DNA of 64,000 bases, taken from the NCBI GenBank assembly GCA_040222015.1, contig JAVJWO010000040.1:32001-96000 (forward strand), given 5' to 3'. This document shows positions 11,473-21,355 of this stretch, piece after piece. Source of the DNA: Coleofasciculus chthonoplastes F2-STO-03 (lineage in GTDB: Bacteria; Cyanobacteriota; Cyanobacteriia; Cyanobacteriales; Coleofasciculaceae). Both the position numbers and the translations under genes were made by a program. The notes below the pieces were generated by a model. The model saw only the letters and a program-made list of their open reading frames with translations, was not told where the DNA came from and ran no database searches. The number at the start of each line of letters is the position of its first letter. The stretch's first letter is position 1.

Positions 11473-11570
11473 ATTCGTCATTTGTCATTTGTCATTTGTC
11501 ATTTGTCATTCGTCATTCGTCATTCGTCATTCGTTATTTGTCATTTGTCATTTGTCATTCGTCATTTGTC
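11473..11570. repeat. STRR heptamer array (TCATTTG/TCATTCG)n
   Basis: Read directly; intergenic. Confidence 0.9.
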
Positions 11571-11707
11571 CAAAAATTCTCGCATTGGATTAGGGCGGGT
11601 TTTGTTGATAGATTATCGGTGGGTATCCCAATTAAATCCCTAAACCCGCCCCTACAATTGACCGTGCAACCCTGAGCTGATCATTTCTGGAAAAACTTAA
11701 TATATTT

Positions 11708-12865
11708 TTAATCTTCTGTATCGTTTATCGCTGTGGATAAAACTGGACTGCAATTTTTTTCCACCAATGTTGTTGTCGAAACCATCGCTGCCATAAGTTG
11801 TTCAGGTGTCACATCAAACGGTAATCTGTGGATATCCGATTGCGGCTGACAAGCAATATCTGCCCCCTGGCGCAACTGTGCCAACGTGATATTCCCTAAC
11901 CCCAAATCATCAAGAGTTTGGGGTAAACCGATTTCGCGATAAAACTTTAATAACTGTTGTCGTGCAGATGCGGCAAGTTGATTCCCCTGTACCATTTCTT
12001 CTAAGCGCAATTGCACCAGAATCCCATAAGCGACTTTCTCCCCATGTAAAGCGCTGTGAGAACCAGGAAGATGGGTTAAACCATTATGCACCGCATGAGC
12101 CGCCACAGTACGACATTGCGCCCCACCTAAACCCCCAATCACACCCGCCAGCAAGACTGAAGCATCAACCACCTCTCGCCAAACCTCGCTCCCTGGCGTT
12201 TTTAGAGCGTCTGCTGACTTTTGAAACAGGATATCCCGTAACACCCTCGCCTGTTGCACCGCCGCAATAATTAAGGTTTGAGCCGAATCCCCACTACTCA
12301 CGGATGCCTCATACCATTTTGCTAAGGCGTCTCCAATTCCAGCGACTAAGGTACGTTGGGGGGCAGTTTCAATCAAGCTATAATCCAGAATCAGCAAATC
12401 TGGACAACGATTCAGACTTACATCGTACAGGAAAGCCCCTTCATTTGAGTAAATATTAGAAAGTGCTGTCCAAGCGGCACAAGTAGCGGCAGAGGTGGGA
12501 ATGGTTACAACTCGAAGGTGACATTGATGGGCTAAGAGTTTAGCGGTGTCTAAGGCTTTGCCACCCCCCACACCAATAATTAAGTCGGCTTGATGGCAGG
12601 TTGCTGCTTCTTTGAGGGATGCGAGGGAGACTTCACTGCAATCCGGACTATAAGATGCCGTAGCACAGTTTAACGACGGCTGTTTCAAAATCGGCTGTAG
12701 CTGCGGTGATAACGTCGCCAAGGTATGATTACCGCCAACAATCAGCGGACGATGACCCAAAGACGCGATCGCATCTCCAGATTGTGCTAATGCCGGGACA
12801 CCGCGCAACACCTGCGCTGGGGCAACTGTGAGCGACAGCAATGAGGGAGGAGCAGGGTTAGTCAT
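11708..12865 (-). CDS. iron-containing alcohol dehydrogenase / glycerol dehydrogenase-like
   Basis: GVGGGKALDTAK, IPTSAATCA, AGIGDALAKWYE, AHAVHNG, HGEKVAYG. Confidence 0.9.
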   Translation of the reverse strand: MTNPAPPSLLSLTVAPAQVLRGVPALAQSGDAIASLGHRPLIVGGNHTLATLSPQLQPILKQPSLNCATASYSPDCSEVSLASLKEAATCHQADLIIGVGGGKALDTAKLLAHQCHLRVVTIPTSAATCAAWTALSNIYSNEGAFLYDVSLNRCPDLLILDYSLIETAPQRTLVAGIGDALAKWYEASVSSGDSAQTLIIAAVQQARVLRDILFQKSADALKTPGSEVWREVVDASVLLAGVIGGLGGAQCRTVAAHAVHNGLTHLPGSHSALHGEKVAYGILVQLRLEEMVQGNQLAASARQQLLKFYREIGLPQTLDDLGLGNITLAQLRQGADIACQPQSDIHRLPFDVTPEQLMAAMVSTTTLVEKNCSPVLSTAINDTED

Positions 12866-13041
12866 TTTTAGCAGAGGATTCAGCTAATTGATTTTTTATC
12901 TTACCTCATCTCCCCTATCTCCCCTAGCAACTCAGATGACGGCTTAGTTGCCTCCGTTGTCGTAGACTAAGGAAAAAGTAGACTAAGGAAAAAGGCACAG
13001 CACCAGGAATCACTGTACGGGTAAACGGGACAAATTGCTAG

Positions 13042-13842
13042 TTATCCAAATTGCCAAATTGCCAATTCTTTACCTACATTTAACTGTGCATTGTCACCGA
13101 ACGTGAACGTTCTTTCTGGATGCGGTTGATCCTTCATCGTACAAACAACTTGGCGAATTCGATACCTTGGAGCAACATTCTGGGATACTTGTACCGTAAA
13201 ACCATCAGAACGATAGATGGTAATATCTCCGACGCCAGATGAGTGATAGCCAAAAGATCGAAGCAGTAATCCGAGTTCCTCATGTTCCGATACAGTCAAT
13301 TCAAGATGAACCTCTGATATATCTTCAAATAAAGACGTTTCGCAAGTATCCAATGTTTTCAGATACGCCCCACGGTCAAAGCAACCCCCAGGGGTAAGTT
13401 TGATGTTTTTATACTCTAAATAATCCTGATCAAATTCCATTAACCACGCAGCGAAGGCTTCTCTCTCTGATGGGTTGAGTGTCAAGTAATGAAACCAGGG
13501 AACTTTGCCATTTTCGGTTTGACGAACTTGCAAATCACAAAACGTTTCTTTGGCGCCGAAGGCTCTTAGTTGTTCCGCTACACTATCAATTTGTCCGGCT
13601 TGTTGAGTATTGAACCCAATACCCGAAAACCCTTCCTTCAATCCTTCAGCACCTCCTGGAGGAAAAAGTTCAAGATAGGCATAGTTGCCCCTGAGATAAA
13701 TTCCCGACCAACTCTCTGTATCCGTTTCTACGGTATCTCTGGATATTGTGCAGAATGATTGGTTAATGAACTCGGATTGGGCGATTGATTCTAGGGTGTC
13801 TGTGTCGAGCGTCACATATAAATGGTTAAATTCTATTCCCAT
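13042..13842 (-). CDS. hypothetical protein, DUF5829-like (glyoxalase/VOC-like features)
   Basis: FNHLYVTLD...WSGIYLRG..YLELF pattern recalled for this family. Confidence 0.55.
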   Translation of the reverse strand: MGIEFNHLYVTLDTDTLESIAQSEFINQSFCTISRDTVETDTESWSGIYLRGNYAYLELFPPGGAEGLKEGFSGIGFNTQQAGQIDSVAEQLRAFGAKETFCDLQVRQTENGKVPWFHYLTLNPSEREAFAAWLMEFDQDYLEYKNIKLTPGGCFDRGAYLKTLDTCETSLFEDISEVHLELTVSEHEELGLLLRSFGYHSSGVGDITIYRSDGFTVQVSQNVAPRYRIRQVVCTMKDQPHPERTFTFGDNAQLNVGKELAIWQFG

Positions 13843-14167
13843 AGTCTTACTTATTGATCTCAAACCAAGTTGCATTCTATTATGTCTAGGAAGAGCGAAG
13901 CCTAGTTACCCATAACCTTTATCTGTAGGGTGCGTTAGCGGAGCGTAACGCACCATCTTAGCGAAGCGTAACGCACCATCAAGACCTCTAAAATTGTGGG
14001 ATAGATTTGACGGTTTGATGGTCGCACGTCGGTGCGCCCCTACAATTCTAATCTACCATTTTAGGTGTGCCGAGCCAGTCGAGTAACCCAACAGGCTAAC
14101 GATGGTGTTGGGTTTCGCTTACGCTCTACCCAACCTACGAGAACTCTGGCAATCTTGTTATGACTGT

Positions 14168-14223
14168 TGACAAATGACAAATGACAAATGACAAATGACA
14201 AATGACAAATGACAAATGACAAA
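14168..14223. repeat. STRR heptamer array (GACAAAT)n
   Basis: Read directly, just after the patG stop. Confidence 0.9.
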
Positions 14224-14226
14224 GAA

Positions 14227-17200
14227 TCAACTGTGAGACTTTCCAGGGATTGACCAGCGCTTGATCCGACCAATGGTGACGGGCATATTCAGCGCCACAT
14301 CTAGGGTAAACCGGAAGACTCGCCGCGATCGCCGACCGTTTTCCGGGTCAAAGAAGATTAGTAATACATCCCAGCAATCGCTATTAATCCGGCAGTAGGG
14401 GCTTTTCTTCACCTCAATGGTGTCCAGTTGACGCTCAGAGGCGATCGCTTCGGCAAAGACGGAGGCGGATTGGAAGATGTTGGTGGCGGCGAAGTTGAGG
14501 GCGCGATCGCGTGAGGTTTGTCCCAGGTTACGCAAGTCGTGGTAGACGCGGTTCAGGAAGGCGCTCAAGGCTTCCCGGATTAGGGGTTCTTGGTCGGGGT
14601 CAAATCGGTTACTAATGGCGGCTAGGGCAGCGTTTACTAGGGCGTTGACGGTCCAACCATACATCCCGCGCACGTTATTTACGGTTACAACAGGCACGAC
14701 TTCCCCGGAAAAGAGTTCCACAGTGCGGGTGGTGCGGCGAGCGGGTAGACTGATCCGCTCCACAAAGCCATCGCTGGTGTCTGGCTCTAATTGCCCTGCT
14801 AACATCAGCAGGAAAACTTCGTAAATGTCGTCGGCAAAGGGTCCTTTGGGTTCTAAGACATAGATGGTGTTTTGATCCAGGTTGAGTGTCCAGATTAGGG
14901 AGCGCCGTTCGTCGGGGTAGCGATCTAGGTGTTCCAGCATTTGGCGCGGATCGTAGGGGTCTGGCGGTACCATGATGCCATCAATTTCGGCAGGTGCCAT
15001 TAGTTGCTTGAATGTATCGCGGCGGGCTTCGTCGCCAAAGTCGTAGCCCAGGGTGCCAAGGGCGTAAACGTTACCGGAAAAGGCGGTGCTGGCTTCAACA
15101 GTGGCGGGGTTGGCTAGTGCAGCATCGGAGTCAGCCGCCGCGATAACCGAGGCTTCTGTGGGTGTAGCGGGTTGTACGGCGGGGCTGGCGGGGGTGGGCA
15201 TGGCATAGCCAGGGCGTTGGGTGCGGGTTACTTGGTCGCCAGCAAAGGAAATCGTGACCGAGGGTTGACCAAATAGCACCTTCATCGCGCCAGAGATATT
15301 CACAAAGCCGCGTAAACAGCGATCGGGTTCTTCGACAACATCGGGGTCACAAGGAATGGCGGTGTTGAGGAGTGCCATGCGGACGGCTTCGGCATCGACG
15401 GGTTTGCCTTCTTGCAGTTGCAGACTCATCAGCAGGGCAGAAATCCCGGTCATTACTGGTGCAGCAATACTTGTACCCTTTTGGCGTACAGGTTCATCTG
15501 TGGCGGGTTGTGCACACAGAACATCCTCACCCGGAGTCATGATGCCCTCTTCTGCATAGTTACCACCCCAATTGCTATAGGGTTGGGGCATACCATCTTT
15601 TTTCATCGCTCCCACAGCCAGGGTTCCTGGTAGCACAGCGGGAATACACCAGCATTCGCCTTTATCGTTGCCAGCGGGAGCCACAATCAAGATGTTGTTG
15701 TCTTGACACTTTTTCACAGTTTGGACTAGGAGTTCTTCCCCTTTACCTGTTTGGGTAGGACGACAAGCGGCACAGTGAATAATGTTTGCCCCCAAATCCA
15801 GGGCTAACTCGAAGCTACGGGCAAGATTCAAAGGAGACATCATTTCCGAGCTGCCCATGCTGTTGATTGGTACATTAATCACTCGACAGTTGGGTGCCAA
15901 ACCGGGAGCTGGGGTGTGTTCCTGACCCACAATTACGCTGGTGACATGACAAGCATGGCGATCCATATAAATGCGGTCGGCAAGCGAGTCGGACAGAGCC
16001 GCTTCTAAAGCCGCCAGTTTAGCTTTGCCTTTCAAATCACTGTTATCGATTTCCCGGTATGTTGCGTGGTCTTCTGGAGAAATCGGCTCTGGAGTCTCAT
16101 GCCAATAGGGAAAAACCTTAGAGACTTCAGCACCCTCAAAACACGACAATGTATGGTCGGGGCTACCGTCCAAAATTACGATCGTGATGCGAGGATCACC
16201 CAGAGTTTGGTTGCGTAGGTTTACCAGTCCGGGAATGGAATTATCCAGGTCATGGGGGTGGAGTGCCACCGATATTTGGGTTGCAGAACTCTCAACCTCA
16301 CTTGCTAAGATAGCTGCCAATTCAATTTTATCTTCCCCACTATCTGATTCAATTTTATTCGCAAAAACATCTGAATTTATTGTTTCCACCGATTCTTCTA
16401 AAGCATCTATCTCAAAAGCCTGAGTGACAATTTCCTCAACTTGAATTAATGCCTTGTCAGACGCGCACACAGACTCTGTAGTATCTGTAGGTTGAGTTAA
16501 GGAGCGACACTCAACATCAGCAGGCTCAGGTTCCACTTCATCCTTATCAAATGCCTCTTCATTCACTGAATTTGACACCTCTGATGAGTCTACAGAAATA
16601 TCAAACTTAGTGTATGACTTAACCCTACTTGCGGCAACATCCCAGTTCAGTCTTGATCCCAACATAAACTCACCCACCGCCGACTCTTGCACATAGTCCA
16701 ACCTAGCTGCTCGCCCAAAACCATCACTATCTCCACTTCCCAGAGCACAGGGAGCCAGCCCCATATTCGTCGCGACTAAGTAAAGGTTGTACTGCAACAC
16801 CCCAACGTGTTTGAGTACTAACGCATAGGCAACGGAGCGATACTTGCGGAATAGCCGTCCAAACCGCGCCGTAATCACTAGAAGTACTTGTGGTTTTGGT
16901 TCATAGTAAACATAAGGTTCCAGAGCCAAGACATTCTCCGACTCAGCAATCTGCTCTAGTTGGTGATTCAGTGGGTCGTAATGATATAGCCCTTTGAGCA
17001 AACCTTCGCAATGTCGCACTACCAGATAAATCTCTAGCTCGTACATTGCTCCGGCACTAGGGTAGGGACGGCGTCTCGACTCACCATATTCAAAGTCAAG
17101 CTCCAAACCTGCTTGCCGTTTCCAATCATCACCAAACTTATCTTCAGGTCGGTAAATTTCTTTGACACGCGCCGTACGATAAAGCAGTTCACCTAATTGC

Positions 17201-18069
17201 TCAATCCTAATTGGATGCATTTCATCGTATTCTCGAATCGATTCCCTTGCTTCGATTGCTTCCGTTAGCTTGGCATCGTTGCACATCAACCCCTCTAGGC
17301 TCGGACGTGGCAGTGGTGTAATTTTGTGGCTCATGGGCGGCTTGATCACCGGAAAATCCGACCATTGGTCAATACAACGCTGGATATCCTCTCCTGGGTA
17401 GTCATGGCGACCCAAGCGGCTGCGGCTGTGGAAAAGCAAGTTATGGAAGTCCCAAAGCTGAAGCGAGGGGGATTCAGAGTCAACGCTTAGGAAGCCCGAT
17501 GCCCATAACAGGTCGAGAAACTGATAGGCTGTTTCCGGTCCCAGATAGGGAGGAGGAGTTAATCTGGCTAGAAACTGGGGCTGGGCGAGTTGGGCTATTA
17601 GCGCACTAGCCCGCCAGTCGAGAAGTTTTACCCGAAACGGCGAAAGTGGGGATTCCAGCACCATCGCATTTTCGTAGGAATGCTGGTAGGCAAAGCGCGA
17701 GAGGCTCACACTTGAATGTGTCCAAGCAGGTTCGATCAGGTTAAGCTTGGCAGTTTGTACCATCGGGATCGCTACGGCTAGCGGCAATACCGCATAACAT
17801 AGCCAACCTCGTTCTTCTAGCTGTTGCAACGTCACTGCGAACTGCTCCCCAGCAGCCTTACCTTCTCGTTCTGCTAGGGCTTGCACCAGTGCTTCGGCAG
17901 TGGTACGACCTTCCTGAAGGTGTTTGAGAGCGTTGCTAAGTCCAGGGGTTGTGGCAAGGTTCAGCAAGGCAGTCGAAGTTAGCCCTCTCGCCGCTAGGGT
18001 ATATTGGTCTTCAGACGTTGTGATTTCAATAGCAGGGTTGAGAGAAATGGCAAAGGGGTAGATGATCAT
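14227..18069 (-). CDS. patG: cyanobactin PatG: FMN-dependent azoline oxidase + subtilisin-like macrocyclase + PatA/G C-terminal domain
   Basis: Oxidase motifs RESIREY, RPYPSAGAMYELE; protease triad ILDG / HACH / GTSIAAP; helical insert YWHETPEPISPED...LEAA; C-terminal YALGTLGYDFGDEARRD, KSPYCRINSDCW. Confidence 0.95.
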   Translation of the reverse strand: MIIYPFAISLNPAIEITTSEDQYTLAARGLTSTALLNLATTPGLSNALKHLQEGRTTAEALVQALAEREGKAAGEQFAVTLQQLEERGWLCYAVLPLAVAIPMVQTAKLNLIEPAWTHSSVSLSRFAYQHSYENAMVLESPLSPFRVKLLDWRASALIAQLAQPQFLARLTPPPYLGPETAYQFLDLLWASGFLSVDSESPSLQLWDFHNLLFHSRSRLGRHDYPGEDIQRCIDQWSDFPVIKPPMSHKITPLPRPSLEGLMCNDAKLTEAIEARESIREYDEMHPIRIEQLGELLYRTARVKEIYRPEDKFGDDWKRQAGLELDFEYGESRRRPYPSAGAMYELEIYLVVRHCEGLLKGLYHYDPLNHQLEQIAESENVLALEPYVYYEPKPQVLLVITARFGRLFRKYRSVAYALVLKHVGVLQYNLYLVATNMGLAPCALGSGDSDGFGRAARLDYVQESAVGEFMLGSRLNWDVAASRVKSYTKFDISVDSSEVSNSVNEEAFDKDEVEPEPADVECRSLTQPTDTTESVCASDKALIQVEEIVTQAFEIDALEESVETINSDVFANKIESDSGEDKIELAAILASEVESSATQISVALHPHDLDNSIPGLVNLRNQTLGDPRITIVILDGSPDHTLSCFEGAEVSKVFPYWHETPEPISPEDHATYREIDNSDLKGKAKLAALEAALSDSLADRIYMDRHACHVTSVIVGQEHTPAPGLAPNCRVINVPINSMGSSEMMSPLNLARSFELALDLGANIIHCAACRPTQTGKGEELLVQTVKKCQDNNILIVAPAGNDKGECWCIPAVLPGTLAVGAMKKDGMPQPYSNWGGNYAEEGIMTPGEDVLCAQPATDEPVRQKGTSIAAPVMTGISALLMSLQLQEGKPVDAEAVRMALLNTAIPCDPDVVEEPDRCLRGFVNISGAMKVLFGQPSVTISFAGDQVTRTQRPGYAMPTPASPAVQPATPTEASVIAAADSDAALANPATVEASTAFSGNVYALGTLGYDFGDEARRDTFKQLMAPAEIDGIMVPPDPYDPRQMLEHLDRYPDERRSLIWTLNLDQNTIYVLEPKGPFADDIYEVFLLMLAGQLEPDTSDGFVERISLPARRTTRTVELFSGEVVPVVTVNNVRGMYGWTVNALVNAALAAISNRFDPDQEPLIREALSAFLNRVYHDLRNLGQTSRDRALNFAATNIFQSASVFAEAIASERQLDTIEVKKSPYCRINSDCWDVLLIFFDPENGRRSRRVFRFTLDVALNMPVTIGRIKRWSIPGKSHS

Positions 18070-18125
18070 AGTTATGAATTTTGTTAAATCAATTCCTCAT
18101 TTGCATAACATTTCGTTAAATTTTT

Positions 18126-19073
18126 TCACAAAATCTTGATGCTATGCCTTGATTTATCTAGTTGGGTGTAGTAAAATCTAAATTCATTTAAGCAATTGTT
18201 CTCCGTTTCTCGCTCAGTAACACCTACCCAAGTGAATGCATTAGCCTCTTGATTTTTGCAAAAGGAATAGATTCTGTTACCCAAATCGTTAAAGGAAAAA
18301 TAATTAGGAATATATTCGATTTCCTTAAAACCAAAATATAAAACTGGCTCTAAATTTGCCTTAGAGAAGCCCACATTAAGAAGGTCTGAAGCCTCAAAGA
18401 TGGAAACAATTTTTTTTGTAAATTTTTTTCGTATGTAAGGTCTTAAGCATCTTCCCCAATTACCCCGAAGTTCATGTTTGCCTCCCGGAGTAGTAGCATA
18501 TAGCTCTATATAGCTACGACCATCCAAGAAAAAATCAAATCCGATCAGTGTTACACTTTTTAACAGAATTTCTGTCAATTCAGCTGAGTAGTGACCCCCA
18601 TCAAGAGTGAGCGCTGTCCTCACCAGCTCTTCAGGATTTTCCTCTCTATTGATATGAATGTGTATTTTTACACTGGAGTCCTCAAGTTTCGGGTGTAAAT
18701 CGATTCCTACAGTATTGCCAACAATTTTTTTAGACTCAATATGTATGGCTAAGAAACGCTGAAGCAAGTCGCGGTTAATTTCAACACCTATCCGAGTTTC
18801 GATTCGATCTAAAAACTGTAGAGCTTGTACCAAAGATTTTGGCCAGGTATGTACTAGCTCACCACGAGCTGCAAAACGCCCTGCGAATAACCGATTGCCT
18901 TCAACTTTGCAAGAGGCTTCAATACCACAAGGGTATTCTATTTCAAGAACTACTTCCTCAAAAATCTTGATAGGAAATGTTGGTTCTACATCAAAAACAT
19001 TTTGATGGGTACGCATAAACTGGAGACGACGCTCTCGCAGCTGATGATATTGTAGTATGGAAGTTATGGTCAC
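18126..19073 (-). CDS. cyanobactin PatF/TruF/LynF-family ABBA prenyltransferase
   Basis: RLQFMRTHQNVFDVEP, IEASCK, GIDL...SSVKIH, IGFDFFLDGRSYIELY, FRFYY. Confidence 0.9.
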   Translation of the reverse strand: MTITSILQYHQLRERRLQFMRTHQNVFDVEPTFPIKIFEEVVLEIEYPCGIEASCKVEGNRLFAGRFAARGELVHTWPKSLVQALQFLDRIETRIGVEINRDLLQRFLAIHIESKKIVGNTVGIDLHPKLEDSSVKIHIHINREENPEELVRTALTLDGGHYSAELTEILLKSVTLIGFDFFLDGRSYIELYATTPGGKHELRGNWGRCLRPYIRKKFTKKIVSIFEASDLLNVGFSKANLEPVLYFGFKEIEYIPNYFSFNDLGNRIYSFCKNQEANAFTWVGVTERETENNCLNEFRFYYTQLDKSRHSIKIL

Positions 19074-19182
19074 AATTTCATTTCCTCACGAGAAATATAT
19101 TCACATTAATTTGATGAAGTATAAAAAACCGTGGTTAGGTTGTTACGGCTGATTCCTGCTTGAAATTCTTTTGAAATATAAA

Positions 19183-20124
19183 CTATCCCACATAATGTTG
19201 ACATTGATCGCGTTTATTATATGAAAAACTGAAATTTTCCAATCTATAACTGTTTAACTCTCGCTCCTTGAAAGTTAAGGCAGCGTAATTCACACAATCC
19301 TGACTTATAACAAAATCGTAAATTCTATTTCCCAAGCTGTTGAACAAAACATATTTTTTCAGGTCTCTAATATTTCTAACATGGACAGATAAACTTGGTT
19401 CCACTTTTGTCCTAGGAAAATGAATGATCAAAAATAAGGAAGCTTCAAATAGGGATATGACTTTTTTAGAAAAGTGTTTCTGAATATAAGGCGTCAAATA
19501 TATTCCTCGATTTCTGGGGAAATCTTTCCCTTGACCTCCTGGAGAGCCAGACCAAAGTTCCACATCGCTGCGACCATTCAAAAAAAGATTGAATCCAATC
19601 AAAACCGTATCTTTAAGCAGTACCTGTAATAATTCAGGCGAGTAGCTACCACCATCAAGTGTGAGGGCTGTCCTTACTAACTCTTCCGGATCTTCTGCCA
19701 ATTCAAGATGCATATATATTTTAATGCAAGAATTCTCAATTTTTGGTCGCAAGTCAATTCCTATTGTGTTATTTGTAATTTTGTGAGAGCCAATATGAAC
19801 TTCTACAAACTGCTGTAGCAAATCACGATTAAGTTTAATGCCCACTCTACTTTCAACTTTATTCAATAATTTTACAGCATCGTTTAAGGAACTAGGCCAG
19901 GTATGCTCTTCATGAGAAACCTGATAATCTGTAGCAAAAAGCTGATCGCCTTCAACATGGCAAGTCGGTTCAACACCACAAGCGCCTTCCATACTTTGAA
20001 CGGCTTCTTCAAAGAGAGAGAGAATAAAGATTGGTTCTAAATCGAAAGCATCTTGATGGATACGCATAAACTGGAGACGATGCTCTCGCAAATTGTTTTG
20101 TTTAAATATACGAGTTAGATTCAT
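19183..20124 (-). CDS. second PatF/TruF-family prenyltransferase-like protein (divergent active-site motifs)
   Basis: RLQFMRIHQDAFDLEP, GIDLRPKIENSCIKIY, IGFNLFLNGRSDVELW; clear paralog of the neighbouring ORF. Confidence 0.88.
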   Translation of the reverse strand: MNLTRIFKQNNLREHRLQFMRIHQDAFDLEPIFILSLFEEAVQSMEGACGVEPTCHVEGDQLFATDYQVSHEEHTWPSSLNDAVKLLNKVESRVGIKLNRDLLQQFVEVHIGSHKITNNTIGIDLRPKIENSCIKIYMHLELAEDPEELVRTALTLDGGSYSPELLQVLLKDTVLIGFNLFLNGRSDVELWSGSPGGQGKDFPRNRGIYLTPYIQKHFSKKVISLFEASLFLIIHFPRTKVEPSLSVHVRNIRDLKKYVLFNSLGNRIYDFVISQDCVNYAALTFKERELNSYRLENFSFSYNKRDQCQHYVG

Positions 20125-20585
20125 AAGATATTCTTGTTTCAAAGAGTAAGTTGAATTTACGCGATCTAGTGGGAACTATTTTATTGAGTTACAGTTTATA
20201 GTCACAGAAAATTCTCGCTAAAGGCATGAGATACATTTTTAACCTAAAGAAGGCGAGGTAGATGAGATAACTGCATAGTTTTATGTATGTTTTAGTTTAC
20301 CTCAAGCCTCGCCTTTAGAGTAAAGCCTAGATAAAACTTCAGTGTTCAGACAGTTAACCACTGTGCAACCGAGACAAATAGACTTCACCTACAGCAAATA
20401 TACTGCACGAAGGCATCAACTGAGTTTTTTCACCAGCTTGCTTTTTTACGTTTTATTTTCCAGCACTCTGTTTGAGTTTTTTCCGTCTAGAAATTAAGGA
20501 AAACGCCAAAGCGCACCTCACGCAGTATAAGTATATTAGAGTGCAGATGCTTCTACACCTAATCGTCAGATGCTTCTACACCTAA

Positions 20586-20801
20586 TCAATCATCATAGGA
20601 GCAGGCACAAGTAGGAGCACACATGGATGCACCTACGCCATCATCATAGGAGCAGGCACAAGTAGGAGCACAAATAGATGCACCTACACCACTACCACCT
20701 AGAGCTTCCTCACAGAGTTCAGCCAAGTGGCTGGGGAGTTTACCATTGGTGCTGCGGATCACGGGTTTGCCTTGTTGGGGCAGAATGTTTTTCTTGTCCA
20801 T
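20586..20801 (-). CDS. patE: cyanobactin precursor PatE-type (71 aa) with cores ICAPTCAC and MCAPTCAC
   Basis: Leader MDKKNILPQQGKPVIR...LAELCEEAL, RSII GVGAS, RSIII SYDD, GAGG RBS upstream of the ATG at 20801. Confidence 0.95.
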   Translation of the reverse strand: MDKKNILPQQGKPVIRSTNGKLPSHLAELCEEALGGSGVGASICAPTCACSYDDGVGASMCAPTCACSYDD

Positions 20802-20929
20802 TGGACTAATCCTCATATTGTTGTTTACTTTGTTAACCCGTTGGGGTGGGTTAGTCCCCTTCCACCTTGCGGCGAAGCTTGTTAGTTGGCACCTGGTTTG
20901 AAGAGAATTATGAGTTGCCAATCAAATTC

Positions 20930-21352
20930 TTAAATATCTGGTGGATGCCAATTTTCAGCCACCCAAATTTGGCGTGATCCGATCGCATAGTCGTTGTTGA
21001 CTTTTAGAGCAGAGACAGTGGCTCGACCAACTGCGGTCAATCCCTTAATTTGTGTACCTTCCTCTATCCAGGCAAAATGTTCAGCCCAAACCTGTTTCCG
21101 GGGATGAAACAGGGTGACAAGTTTTCCTGTTTGGGGGTCAATCCCTTGAGTCTTGGCTCCTTTAAACAGATTGCAGCGATAGCATGAAGCCGCCAGATTA
21201 GCGCGATCGCTACTTCCGCCTAGAGCGCGAGGAATAATGTGGTCAATCACAAGTGGCATTCCGATTAAACATTGTTGGGTTTGACAATATTCGCAACATT
21301 CCTGGGCTTGCGAAATCACCTGTTGACGAATCCCTGGAGAGACAAAGGACAT
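20930..21352 (-). CDS. HNH endonuclease
   Basis: CCEYC, IDHIIPRALGG, NLAASCYRCN, LFHPR...W.EHF. Confidence 0.9.
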   Translation of the reverse strand: MSFVSPGIRQQVISQAQECCEYCQTQQCLIGMPLVIDHIIPRALGGSSDRANLAASCYRCNLFKGAKTQGIDPQTGKLVTLFHPRKQVWAEHFAWIEEGTQIKGLTAVGRATVSALKVNNDYAIGSRQIWVAENWHPPDI

Positions 21353-21355
21353 GGG

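Noticed and set aside
20802..20921. N-terminal extension of the precursor in the 111-aa ORF call
   Set aside because: The canonical MDKKN start with a GAGG RBS is at 20801; the extension begins at a non-ATG codon
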